Below are positions 38,760-48,044 of a DNA stretch of 64,000 nt, in pieces (the first letter of the stretch is position 1; each line of letters begins with the position of its first letter). The translations under genes were made by a program, and so were the position numbers. The notes under the pieces were generated by a model. That model was not told where the DNA came from. It did not search any database and saw only the letters and a program-made list of their open reading frames with translations. The stretch is from Verrucomicrobiota bacterium (GTDB lineage: Bacteria > Verrucomicrobiota > Verrucomicrobiia > Limisphaerales > UBA9464), in NCBI GenBank assembly GCA_008933025.1, contig WBXI01000001.1, positions 8,998-72,997 on the forward strand. The letters are read 5' to 3'.

Positions 38760-40163
38760 CTACCCCGCCAACTCCCCGATCACCTGGCCGCCGTTCGTCA
38801 GCGGCCGAGGCCGTCCCAACGGATCGACGAATTCCCCCGCCGGATTGATCCCCAGCAGGTGGAACATCGTAGCCGCCAGATCCTGCGGCCGCACCGGCCG
38901 GCTCGCGGGATGACCGCCCTCCCGGTCGCTCGACCCGACGACCTGCCCGCCCGCGATCCCACCGCCGGCCACGGCGATCGAGAAACAGTTGCCCCAATGA
39001 TCCCGGCCCCCGACCGGATTGATCCGCGGCGACCGGCCAAATTCCCCCATGGCCACCACCAAGGTTTCGTCCAGCAGGCCGCGCTCGTGCAGGTCGTCCA
39101 CCAGCGCGCTGAAGGCACGGTCGAATTGCGGGCAGAGAACGTCCCGTACCCGCGGGGCGTTGTTCTTGTGCGTGTCCCACACCGGGAATCCGGTCATCTG
39201 GTCGCCCGGTTCCCGCGGCCAATTCACCTGCACGAGCCGGGCTCCCGATTCCACCAACCGACGCGCCAAGAGCACGCTTTGCCCGAACTTGGCGCGTCCA
39301 TAGCGCTCGCGGATCGACGCCGCCTCCCGCTCCAGTTCGAAGGCCGCCCGGCTCGACGACGAGCGCACCACGTCGAAAGCCTGCTGGTGGATCTTCGAGA
39401 AAGAAGCCACCGCGTCGCTGCGCATCCAATCGCCGAAGTGTCCCTCCAGTCCCCGGAGCAAACCCGCCCGCTCGTCGAACCGCGAGGCCGTCACCCCGTC
39501 GGGCAACCGCAGGCCATCGACCTCGAAGCGCGGCTGCGAGGGATCGCACGTCAACACCAGCGGCGACCAAACGTGGCCCATGAATCCGCCGCTCTGGCCG
39601 GGTGACGGCGGCGCGCCGTCGTTGTGGACCATCTCGGGAAGGATGACCGACGAGAATGGCGAGCGTTCGCTGGGCTTGAGCGCGCCCACGACCCCCGCGA
39701 GGCACGGCCAGTCGTCGGGACTCGCCGGCACCTCCGCCTGCGCCAAGTGCGGGTAGCCGGTCAGCATCCAGTATCCACTGGCCGAGTGGCTGTTGTTGTC
39801 GGTGCACATCGACCGGATCACGGCGATGCGATGGGCCAGACGCGCCGTCCGCGGCAGCAACTCGGAAAAGTGGGTGCCGGGAACCGACGTCGGAATGGCC
39901 CGGAACTCGCCGCGGATTTCCGACGGCATCTCCGGCTTGGGATCGAAGGTTTCGTGCTGCGGCGGGCCGCCGGAGAGATAGAGGACGATGCATGACTTCG
40001 CCCGCCCGAAACCCGCCAGTGGCCGTGCCGGGGCGGCGAAGGCCCGGCTTTGGACCAACCCGGGCAGGGACAAGCCGAGGCAGGACAGTCCACCGACGCG
40101 CAACCATTCGCGGCGCGAGAGCGCCCTGGCCGAAGCGGCCCGGATGGCATCGACGGGGATCAT
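38760..40163 (-). CDS. DUF1501 (sulfatase-fold) protein with Tat-type signal
   Basis: 467 aa from the ATG at 40163. SRREWLRVGGLSCLGLSLPGLVQSRAFA, then CIVLYLSGGPPQHETFDPKP..GRDHWG typical of DUF1501. Confidence 0.85.
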   Translation of the reverse strand: MIPVDAIRAASARALSRREWLRVGGLSCLGLSLPGLVQSRAFAAPARPLAGFGRAKSCIVLYLSGGPPQHETFDPKPEMPSEIRGEFRAIPTSVPGTHFSELLPRTARLAHRIAVIRSMCTDNNSHSASGYWMLTGYPHLAQAEVPASPDDWPCLAGVVGALKPSERSPFSSVILPEMVHNDGAPPSPGQSGGFMGHVWSPLVLTCDPSQPRFEVDGLRLPDGVTASRFDERAGLLRGLEGHFGDWMRSDAVASFSKIHQQAFDVVRSSSSRAAFELEREAASIRERYGRAKFGQSVLLARRLVESGARLVQVNWPREPGDQMTGFPVWDTHKNNAPRVRDVLCPQFDRAFSALVDDLHERGLLDETLVVAMGEFGRSPRINPVGGRDHWGNCFSIAVAGGGIAGGQVVGSSDREGGHPASRPVRPQDLAATMFHLLGINPAGEFVDPLGRPRPLTNGGQVIGELAG

Positions 40164-40369
40164 TGGCCCAGCGTGTTCCCGCGGGTGGGACCCGTCAACG
40201 TTCGGCATGCCCCGCGGGACGCCCGGTCCAAAGACAACAAACTTCCGGTCAACGGCAGTCCGTGATTGGAACCCGGCATCCCCACCGGTAATCTGAACGC
40301 AGCGTTGCCCCGGTCGCTTTTCGAGTGCCGGCGGCGGCACTGGCGGGCAAATCCGGATCTGTTGGGCCG

Positions 40370-40741
40370 ATGAATCCTCATCCCTACCTGTTCCTCGGGA
40401 CGTTCTTCCTGATTGCGGTCGCGTTCCCCTTCGTGCCGCTCGGCCTCGCCCGCCTCTGGGCGATCGCGTTCTCCCCGCAAAAGCCGGGTCCCCAGAAGAA
40501 TGCCACCTACGAGTGCGGCCTCGAGTCCCGGGGCGATCCCCTCGTTCGTTTCAAGCCCGACTATTACCTCTACGGCATCCTGTTCCTCGTCTTCGACGTC
40601 GAATCGGTCTTTCTCATCCCGTTTGCCGTCAAGTTTCTCGAACTCCCCCTCGGGGCCGTCCTCGCCATGCTGCTGTTCGTTTTGTTGCTCGTCGAGGGCC
40701 TCGCCTGGGCTTGGCTCAAGGGTGTTCTGGGATGGAAATAA
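40370..40741 (+). CDS. nuoA: NADH-quinone oxidoreductase subunit A
   Basis: 123 aa from the ATG at 40370. YECGLE..YYLYGILFLVFDVESVFLIP. Confidence 0.9.
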   Translation: MNPHPYLFLGTFFLIAVAFPFVPLGLARLWAIAFSPQKPGPQKNATYECGLESRGDPLVRFKPDYYLYGILFLVFDVESVFLIPFAVKFLELPLGAVLAMLLFVLLLVEGLAWAWLKGVLGWK

Positions 40742-40796
40742 GCAACGGACGTTGAGACCCAGGCCCCCGCATCCCATCACCTGACCCGAACGCCGC

Positions 40797-41414
40797 ATGA
40801 TCGACGAAGGACTCAAGAACGAACTCGCCAAACAAGGGGTCGTCGCCACCTCGCTCCAGGAACTCTACAACTGGGGTCGCAGCAATTCCGTGTGGCCGCT
40901 CTCCTTCGGCCTCGCCTGCTGCGCCATCGAGATGATCGCCGCCAGCATGTCCCGCTGGGACATCTCGCGGTTCGGTTCCGAGGTGTTCCGCCCGTCGCCG
41001 CGCCAGGCCGACCTCATGATCGTCGCCGGCACGGTGACCAAGAAGATGGCCCCGCAGGTCGTGCGTCTCTACAACCAGATGCCCGAGCCCAAGTACGTCA
41101 TCGCCATGGGCGCCTGCGCCATTTCCGGCGGTCCGTTCAAGCAGGGCTACAACGTCCTCAAGGGCATCGATCGCCTCCTGCCCGTGGACATCCACATTCC
41201 CGGTTGTCCGCCACGGCCCGAGGCATTGCTGCACGCCCTGATCGCGCTCCAGGAAAAGATCGCCGGGGAAAAGCTCACCGGCCCCAACCGGCCCCGTCAT
41301 CTCCGTGCCGACGCTCCCAGCGAGTTTCCCGTCCCGGAATTCGGCCCGCACGACCTGGTGCCGCCGAAAAACGACGCGCTGTGGAAACCGATCCCGTTCG
41401 TCCGCGCCGGCTGA
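40797..41414 (+). CDS. nuoB: NADH-quinone oxidoreductase subunit B
   Basis: 205 aa. [39 protein letters not shown]. Confidence 0.95.
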   Translation: MIDEGLKNELAKQGVVATSLQELYNWGRSNSVWPLSFGLACCAIEMIAASMSRWDISRFGSEVFRPSPRQADLMIVAGTVTKKMAPQVVRLYNQMPEPKYVIAMGACAISGGPFKQGYNVLKGIDRLLPVDIHIPGCPPRPEALLHALIALQEKIAGEKLTGPNRPRHLRADAPSEFPVPEFGPHDLVPPKNDALWKPIPFVRAG

Positions 41415-41417
41415 TCC

Positions 41418-42056
41418 ATGGCCATGCCCCTTCCCGTCCTCGAGGAACTGAAGTCGCTTCTGGAAGCCGCCTTGCCCGGCGTCCGGACCGAACTGGTTCC
41501 CAATGGCCCGGTCCCCGCCCAAGCCTCCCTGCGGGTGGCGCCGACCGATGCCGACGCGGCCGCCCGGTTTCTCCGCGACGATCCCCGGTTGCGTCTCGAT
41601 ACCTGCTCCAACGTCACCGGCATCGATTGGCCGGACCGCGAGGAAAAGACGACGTCCAAGGCGATCGTCGACGGCGTGGAAAAGGAGACCGTGGAAATCC
41701 GCCGCGTCCCGGGATATCTCGAGGTCGTGTACCATCTCTACTCCGTGTCCCTCAAACACGGACCGGTGATCCTGCGCCAACGCACGGCCAACCGCGGCGA
41801 TGACTGCACCGTGGCCTCGCTCACTCCGGTCTGGCGCGGCTGCGAGTTCCAGGAACGCGAGGTCTACGATCTCTTCGGGGTCCGTTTCGCCGGCCATCCC
41901 GACCTGCGGCGCATCCTCATGTGGGAGGGGTTCCTGGACCATCCCATGCGCCGGGACTACGTCGCGCCGGACGACCACGAGTACGAACCGACGCCGCACG
42001 ACGAGGTGCTGGCGCTGGCCAAGGCGCACTACCCGGCACCGGAGGCAAAGCCATGA
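41418..42056 (+). CDS. nuoC: NADH-quinone oxidoreductase subunit C
   Basis: 212 aa. [29 protein letters not shown]. Confidence 0.9.
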   Translation: MAMPLPVLEELKSLLEAALPGVRTELVPNGPVPAQASLRVAPTDADAAARFLRDDPRLRLDTCSNVTGIDWPDREEKTTSKAIVDGVEKETVEIRRVPGYLEVVYHLYSVSLKHGPVILRQRTANRGDDCTVASLTPVWRGCEFQEREVYDLFGVRFAGHPDLRRILMWEGFLDHPMRRDYVAPDDHEYEPTPHDEVLALAKAHYPAPEAKP

Positions 42057-43219
42057 ACCGGCCCACCCCGGAATCCTTCGTGGTCCGCCCGCGCGTCGAC
42101 CACGAGGGCACGGAGCTCGAGGGCGACATGCTCGAGGTCTCGATGGGGCCGCAACATCCCTCGACGCACGGCGTCTTCCGGATGGACGTGGTGCTCGACG
42201 GCGAGACCGTCGTGAAACTCAAGCCGGTGTTCGGCTACCTGCACCGGAACCACGAGAAAATCGCCGAGGGAACGAGCTATCTCGGCTCGATGCCCTACAC
42301 GGACCGGCTCGATTACTTCTGTTCGCTCACGAACAACTGGGCCTACGCGCTGGCCGTCGAGCGGTTGGCCGGCCTGCAGGTCCCGGAACGGGCCGAATAC
42401 ATCCGCGTCATCACCGCCGAACTGACACGCCTCCAGAACCACGTCGGTCTCTGCGGCTTCCTGCTGCAGGACATGGGCGCCCTCGGCACCCCGTTGATGT
42501 GGGCCTTCCGCCAGCGCGAGAAGGTCCTCGATCTCTTCGAATCGCTCACCGGCGCCCGCATGATGTGCAATTACATGCGCTTCGGCGGCTGTCGCTGCGA
42601 TCTGCCGGCCGGTTGGCTGGAACAGGCGCGCACGGTGGTCGCCGACTTCCCCGCGTTCCTCCGGGAATTCGAAACCCTGCTGTCCGGCAACGAAATCCTC
42701 ATGGCCCGCACCCAGGGTGTCGGCCGCCTGTCCCCCGAACTCGCCGTCGCCGGCAGCGTCACGGGCCCGATGCTGCGGGCCAGCGGGGTGGACTACGACG
42801 TCCGCAAGGTGGACCGATACGGCATCTACGACCGGTTCGAGTTCCGCGTGCCCTTGGGCGACCACGGCGACGTCTACGACCGCTACATGATCCGCGTGCT
42901 GGAAATGCACGAGTCGCTGGCGATCCTCCGGCAGGCGTTGAAAGGCATTCCCGGCGGCCCGGTCATCGATCCCAAGGCCAAGCTCCGCGGTTTCCGCCCC
43001 AAGCCCGGCGAATCCTACGGCCGGATCGAGGGACCCAAGGGCGAGTTGGGCTTCTACCTCGTCAGCGACGGTGGCCCCAACCCGTACCGCTATCGCATCC
43101 GCCCGCCCAGTTTCATCAACCTGACCCTCCTCGAGGACATGTGCCTCGGCCGTTCCATCGCCGACGCCGTCATCATCCTCGGCAGCGTCGACATCGTCCT
43201 CGGCGAAGTGGACCGATAA
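42053..43219 (+). CDS. nuoD: NADH-quinone oxidoreductase subunit D
   Basis: 388 aa from the ATG at 42053 (ATGA overlap with nuoC). [35 protein letters not shown]. Confidence 0.95.
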   Translation: MNRPTPESFVVRPRVDHEGTELEGDMLEVSMGPQHPSTHGVFRMDVVLDGETVVKLKPVFGYLHRNHEKIAEGTSYLGSMPYTDRLDYFCSLTNNWAYALAVERLAGLQVPERAEYIRVITAELTRLQNHVGLCGFLLQDMGALGTPLMWAFRQREKVLDLFESLTGARMMCNYMRFGGCRCDLPAGWLEQARTVVADFPAFLREFETLLSGNEILMARTQGVGRLSPELAVAGSVTGPMLRASGVDYDVRKVDRYGIYDRFEFRVPLGDHGDVYDRYMIRVLEMHESLAILRQALKGIPGGPVIDPKAKLRGFRPKPGESYGRIEGPKGELGFYLVSDGGPNPYRYRIRPPSFINLTLLEDMCLGRSIADAVIILGSVDIVLGEVDR

Positions 43220-43224
43220 CTCCC

Positions 43225-43887
43225 ATGATCGGCATCGGCATAGCAAAAGGCTTGGTCCAGACCGCGAGGAATCTCCTCGGGACCTATACCGACAAGGACC
43301 GGCTTCCCACGATCGAGTATCCCGAGGAGCGCCAGGCCCTGACCGAGGCCACCCGGCAGTTCCCCTTCCTCGTCCACGACGGCGACGATCCCGCGAAGGG
43401 CCTGCGCTGCGTCGCCTGCCAGATCTGCGAGAAGGAATGCCCGCCCAAGTGCATCTACATCGTCAAAAGCCGGGACAAGCGGGTCGATTACAAGGGGCAG
43501 ATGCAGTTCTATCCCGCCACTTTCGACATCGATTACTCGGTCTGCATGAGCTGCCAGATCTGCGTCGAGGTCTGCCCGTTCGAGTCCATCAAGATGGACA
43601 CCGAATTCGAATTCTCGACGGCGGACCGTTTCCGGGGGTTGCTGTTCGACAAACATCGGTTGGCCAAGTCCGACGCCCATTACCACAGGATCCACCCGAC
43701 CGATGCCGCGGAATCGGACGCCGTGATGGCGGCCGAGCGGGCGAAGGCAGAAGCCAAGGCCAAAGCCGATGCCGAGGCCAAGGCCAAGGCGGCCGCGGCC
43801 AAACTGGCCCCGACCCCGGCCGCCTCGCCCGAGGCCCAGATGGAGGCCCCGAAGCCCGGATCCGACACGCCGACAATGCCGATGTAA
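43225..43887 (+). CDS. nuoI: NADH-quinone oxidoreductase subunit I with Lys/Ala-rich C-terminal extension
   Basis: 220 aa. Two 4Fe-4S motifs, CVACQICEKECP and CMSCQICVEVCP. Tail AERAKAEAKAKADAEAKAKAAAAKLAPTPAASPE... Confidence 0.9.
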   Translation: MIGIGIAKGLVQTARNLLGTYTDKDRLPTIEYPEERQALTEATRQFPFLVHDGDDPAKGLRCVACQICEKECPPKCIYIVKSRDKRVDYKGQMQFYPATFDIDYSVCMSCQICVEVCPFESIKMDTEFEFSTADRFRGLLFDKHRLAKSDAHYHRIHPTDAAESDAVMAAERAKAEAKAKADAEAKAKAAAAKLAPTPAASPEAQMEAPKPGSDTPTMPM

Positions 43888-43898
43888 TCCACCGCCGC

Positions 43899-45137
43899 AT
43901 GGCCTCTCTCGACCAGATTTTCGTCGCGCTCAAGGACTGGCTCGTCGCCTTTGTCCCGGTGGCACTGCAACCGTTGGCGGGCGCGTTGTTGTCGATCGTC
44001 GCGATCATGGCGGTGTTCCCGGGGATCTTCGCGCTGACGACGGTGGTCGAACGAAAGCTGCTGGCGCGGTTCCAGAACCGGCCGGGTCCGAACCGCGTGG
44101 GCATCCCGCTCACCAAGATCCGGCTCGCCGGTTTCGGACAGTTTGCCGCCGACGGAATCAAGTCGCTGACCAAGGAGGACATCGTCCCGCGCAATGCCGA
44201 CCGGATCGTGCATTTCGTCGCGCCGTTCGTGCTGGTGGCACCGGCATTCCTGTCGCTTTCGGTCGTGCCGGTGGGACGCAACATGGCGGCGCTCGATTTC
44301 CGCGAGACCGGACTGCTGTTCTTCTTCGCGGTCGGTGCGGCGACCGAACTCAGCGTCTTCATGGCCGGTTGGTCCAGCCGCAACAAGTACTCGCTGCTGG
44401 GCGCGATGCGGGGCATCGCCCAGATGCTCAGCTACGAACTCCCGCTCATCCTCTCGTCGCTCGTCGTCGTCATGATGGCCGGCACGCTCTCGTTGGCGAC
44501 GATCGCCGAACGCCAATCGGGGGTCCAGTGGGGCGTCGTCCACAGCTGGCATGTCTTCACGCCGTGGGGATTCGCCGGTTTCCTGATCTTCCTCACCGCG
44601 GCCTGCGCGGAATCCAACCGGACGCCCTTCGACCTGCCGGAGGCGGAGTCGGAACTCGTCGCCGGTTATTTCACCGAGTATTCCGGGTTCAAATTCGCCC
44701 TTTTCTTCCTGGGCGAATACCTCGGCATGTTCGCCATCAGCGGCGTGGCGATCACCCTGTTTCTGGGCGGCTGGAACGCGCCGTTCACCTTCCTCGACTG
44801 GGTGCCGTCCTGGATGTGGTTCTTCGGCAAGCTCGTCGGATTCATCCTCTTCTTCATCTGGCTCCGGGCCACGCTCCCCCGCCTCCGCGTCGACCAACTC
44901 ATGGACCTCGCCTGGAAATTCATGCTGCCCATGTCGCTGGTGAACCTCGTGGTCGCCGGCGTCTGGCACCTCGCCGCGTCCTGGCCCCACCTGCTGCGCT
45001 GGCCGCTCTGCGTCGCGATCCTCGCGTTGCCCTACTGGCTGCTCAGCCGCGGCTTCCAGACCCGCTTCAAAACCCGGACCTATCGCTTTGCCGAGGAGTC
45101 CCGCCCCGCTCCCGCGACGGCGGCCGCCGGACCCTAG
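43899..45137 (+). CDS. nuoH: NADH-quinone oxidoreductase subunit H
   Basis: 412 aa from the ATG at 43899. ERKLLARFQNRPGPNRVG..AGWSSRNKYSLLGAMR..PFDLPEAESELVAGY.TEYSG. Confidence 0.95.
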   Translation: MASLDQIFVALKDWLVAFVPVALQPLAGALLSIVAIMAVFPGIFALTTVVERKLLARFQNRPGPNRVGIPLTKIRLAGFGQFAADGIKSLTKEDIVPRNADRIVHFVAPFVLVAPAFLSLSVVPVGRNMAALDFRETGLLFFFAVGAATELSVFMAGWSSRNKYSLLGAMRGIAQMLSYELPLILSSLVVVMMAGTLSLATIAERQSGVQWGVVHSWHVFTPWGFAGFLIFLTAACAESNRTPFDLPEAESELVAGYFTEYSGFKFALFFLGEYLGMFAISGVAITLFLGGWNAPFTFLDWVPSWMWFFGKLVGFILFFIWLRATLPRLRVDQLMDLAWKFMLPMSLVNLVVAGVWHLAASWPHLLRWPLCVAILALPYWLLSRGFQTRFKTRTYRFAEESRPAPATAAAGP

Positions 45138-45156
45138 GAACCGATCCGAACCCGCC

Positions 45157-45657
45157 ATGAATCCCATTTTCGCCATCCTGGCAGGAGTGACCGTCGGCGC
45201 CGCCGTCGCGGCCATGGCGCTGCGGAACCTCGTCCACAGCGTCCTCTGCCTCACCGTGTCCCTGGTCGGCCTCGCGCTGCTGTACCTCCGGCTGGGCGCC
45301 GAGTTCGCCGGCTTCGTCCAGATCCTCGTCTACGTCGGGGCGGTCGCCATCCTGATCATGTTCGCGGTGCTGCTCACCCGCGGCGGCGAGGCCCCCCCGG
45401 GCCGCATCGCCAACGCCCCGTGGTCCGGCCTTGCGGTCGCCGCCGCGGTGTTCGCCATGATCGCGTGGGCCATCGCCCGCAGCCCGGCGCTGCGCGGCAT
45501 GGCCAAGGATCCCGCGCAGCCCCCGCTTTCGGTGAAGGCCATCGGCGACAAGTTGACCGGCGACCTGGTGCTCCCGCTCCAGGTCGTCGCCCTGCTCCTC
45601 ACCGCGGCACTCGTCGGCGGCGTCGTGATCGCCATGAGCGAGAAAGAGACCGAATGA
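45157..45657 (+). CDS. nuoJ: NADH-quinone oxidoreductase subunit J
   Basis: 166 aa from the ATG at 45157. AEFAGFVQILVYVGAVAILIMFAVLL. Confidence 0.9.
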   Translation: MNPIFAILAGVTVGAAVAAMALRNLVHSVLCLTVSLVGLALLYLRLGAEFAGFVQILVYVGAVAILIMFAVLLTRGGEAPPGRIANAPWSGLAVAAAVFAMIAWAIARSPALRGMAKDPAQPPLSVKAIGDKLTGDLVLPLQVVALLLTAALVGGVVIAMSEKETE

Positions 45658-45956
45658 CCCCCTACCTCATTGTCTCGGCCCTGTTGTTTTCCATCGGCTT
45701 CGCCGGCGTCCTGACCCGGCGCAACGCCATCCTCGTCCTGGTCGGCGTGGAACTGATGCTCAATGCCGCCAACCTCAATTTCGTCGCCTTCTGGCGCCAT
45801 GGACCCAATCCGGCCGCGCTCGACGGGGTGATGTTCGTCGTCTTCGCCATCGCGGTCGCCGCCGCCGAGGCCGCCGTGGGCCTGGCCCTGGTCATCGCGA
45901 TCCACCGCCATTGCCGGTCCGGCAACGTGGACGAGGCCTCCGGGATGAAGGGCTGA
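45654..45956 (+). CDS. nuoK: NADH-quinone oxidoreductase subunit K
   Basis: 100 aa from the ATG at 45654 (ATGA overlap with nuoJ). RRNAILVLVGVELMLNAANLNFVAF..AAAEAAVGLALV. Confidence 0.9.
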   Translation: MTPYLIVSALLFSIGFAGVLTRRNAILVLVGVELMLNAANLNFVAFWRHGPNPAALDGVMFVVFAIAVAAAEAAVGLALVIAIHRHCRSGNVDEASGMKG

Positions 45957-45958
45957 CC

Positions 45959-48040
45959 ATGGATCGCATCGTCGAACACCTCTGGATCATCCCCGCGCTG
46001 CCCCTGCTGGCGGCGGGAATCATCGCGTTGTTGAAACGCCCGCACCGCAAGGCCGCCGCCGCACTCGCCATCGGCTCGCTCGGGCTCGCGTTTCTGGTCT
46101 CGTGCGTCGCGTTCGCCGCGACGTTGCATCCCGCGGCCGGCGCCGGAACGGTCCGCCTGACCCACAATTTCGCGTGGTTCGACCTCGGCGAATCCACCCT
46201 GCGGCTCGGCTGGCTCCTCGACCCCCTGACGGCCGGGATGCTCGTCATGGTCACTTTCGTCGGTTCGCTGATCTTCGTCTTCAGCGTCGGCTACATGGCG
46301 CACGACCCCAATTTCACGCGGTTCTTCGGGTTCCTGTCGCTCTTCGCCGCCGCCATGCTCGGCCTGCTCGTCGCCAACAACCTGCTGTTCCTCTTCATGT
46401 GCTGGGAAGTGGTCGGGCTGGCGTCCTACCTCCTCATCGGCTTCTGGTTCCAAAAGCCCGAGGCCGCCGCCGCCGCCAAGAAGGCGTTCGTCACCACGCG
46501 CATCGGCGACCTCGGCTTCTTCCTCGGCATGGTGTGGCTGTATCACGGCACCGGCACGCTGCTCTTCTACGACAAGGGCGCCGGCTGCCTCGAACAGGGC
46601 GCGATCGCCAGTCTCGTCGCCCAGACCACGCTGGGCGGCATGGCGGTGAGCACCGCCATCTCGCTGCTGCTGTTCTGCGGCGCCGCGGGCAAGTCCGGAC
46701 AGGTCCCGCTGCACGTCTGGCTGCCGGACGCGATGGAGGGCCCCACCCCGGTCAGCGCGCTCATCCATGCGGCCACCATGGTCGCCGCCGGCGTTTTCCT
46801 CGTGGCCCGCGTGTTCCCGCTGCTGGGTGCGTCCGCCGCCGGACTCCCCGCCGACGGCCACGTTCCCCACACGGCCGCGCTCGCGGTCGTGACCTGGATC
46901 GGCGCCATCACCGCCGTCTTCGGCGCGCTCGTTGCCGTCGCCCAGTCGGACATCAAGCGCATCCTCGCCTACTCCACGGTCTCGCAGCTGGGCTACATGA
47001 TGATGGGTCTCGGCGTGGGCGGTCCCGCGGTGGGCATGTTCCACCTGCTGGCCCATGCTTTCTTCAAGGCCCTGCTGTTTCTCGGCGCCGGTTCCGTCAT
47101 CCATGGTTGCCACGGGGAACAGGACATCCGCCGCATGGGCGGACTACGCAAAGCCATGCCCGCCACCTTCGCCACCTATGCCGTCGGCATGATGGCGCTG
47201 GCCGGATTCCCCCTCGTGTTCTCGGGCTTCTGGAGCAAGGACGAGATCCTGCATGCCGCGCTGGCGTGGTCGCCCTCCCGGTTGCCGTTCGCCCTCGGCC
47301 TTTTCGGCGCCTTCCTCACCGCCTTTTACATGATCCGGCAGATGTGGTTCGTGTTCTTCGCGCCGTCGGCACACCCGGCGGCGCGACACGGGCACGACAC
47401 GCGGCCCGATGCCGCCGCGCCCCACGACAGCCCGCCCGTCATGACCGTGTCGCTCGCGATCCTCGCCGGCGCGACGGTGGCGATGAGTCTGCTCGCGACG
47501 CCCGTCTGGCCTTGGTTTCATGCCTATCTCGGCGGCCATCTGGACCACCTGCACGTCGGCTGGGATGCGGACGGGGCGGTGCTCGCCACCATGGCGCTGT
47601 CCACCGTGGCCGTCGCGCTCGGCACCGGGGTTTCCTGGCGGCTGTACAGCCGCTCGGCAACCGGCACGGACGCGGTCGAACGCCTCGTGCCGCGCCTGTT
47701 CGGGGCGCTCCGCGGGCGCCTGTACGTGGATGGGTTTTACGCCGCCACCGTCTTCCGCCTGAACCGCGCGGCCGCGACCGCCTTCGATTGGATCGACCGT
47801 TTCGTCTGGGGTTCGCTGGCCGGATCGACGGCATGGATCGCCACCGGATTCTCGTGGCTGGGCCGGTTGCTCGACGACGCGGGGATCAACCCCGGTTTCG
47901 ACGCGGGATGCGCGGGCACGCGCGGAACGGGCCGGCTCGTCTCGCTTTTCCAAAACGGCCAGACGCAACGCTACCTGCGGCTCGTCGGGGGAGGAATCGT
48001 GGCGATCGTCGTGGCCGTGGCCTGGACGGGAAAGAAGTGA
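45959..48040 (+). CDS. nuoL: NADH-quinone oxidoreductase subunit L (long form, 693 aa)
   Basis: From the ATG at 45959. WEVVGLASYLLIGFW, GKSGQVPLHVWLPDAMEGPTPVSALIHAATMV, and a long C-terminal lateral-helix region. Confidence 0.95.
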   Translation: MDRIVEHLWIIPALPLLAAGIIALLKRPHRKAAAALAIGSLGLAFLVSCVAFAATLHPAAGAGTVRLTHNFAWFDLGESTLRLGWLLDPLTAGMLVMVTFVGSLIFVFSVGYMAHDPNFTRFFGFLSLFAAAMLGLLVANNLLFLFMCWEVVGLASYLLIGFWFQKPEAAAAAKKAFVTTRIGDLGFFLGMVWLYHGTGTLLFYDKGAGCLEQGAIASLVAQTTLGGMAVSTAISLLLFCGAAGKSGQVPLHVWLPDAMEGPTPVSALIHAATMVAAGVFLVARVFPLLGASAAGLPADGHVPHTAALAVVTWIGAITAVFGALVAVAQSDIKRILAYSTVSQLGYMMMGLGVGGPAVGMFHLLAHAFFKALLFLGAGSVIHGCHGEQDIRRMGGLRKAMPATFATYAVGMMALAGFPLVFSGFWSKDEILHAALAWSPSRLPFALGLFGAFLTAFYMIRQMWFVFFAPSAHPAARHGHDTRPDAAAPHDSPPVMTVSLAILAGATVAMSLLATPVWPWFHAYLGGHLDHLHVGWDADGAVLATMALSTVAVALGTGVSWRLYSRSATGTDAVERLVPRLFGALRGRLYVDGFYAATVFRLNRAAATAFDWIDRFVWGSLAGSTAWIATGFSWLGRLLDDAGINPGFDAGCAGTRGTGRLVSLFQNGQTQRYLRLVGGGIVAIVVAVAWTGKK

Positions 48041-48044
48041 CCCC

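Noticed and set aside
37942-40107. 721-aa ORF on the minus strand
   Set aside because: It is antisense to the 37963-38625 ORF and out of frame with DUF1501. It has shadow composition.
43738-43800. Repetitive GCCAAGGCC/AAAGCC units (CRISPR- or tandem-repeat-like), and the GAG/GAA run at 55846-55870
   Set aside because: Both are in-frame low-complexity coding sequence, namely the KA-repeat of the NuoI tail and the poly-Glu of the Obg insertion. They are not spacer-repeat arrays.
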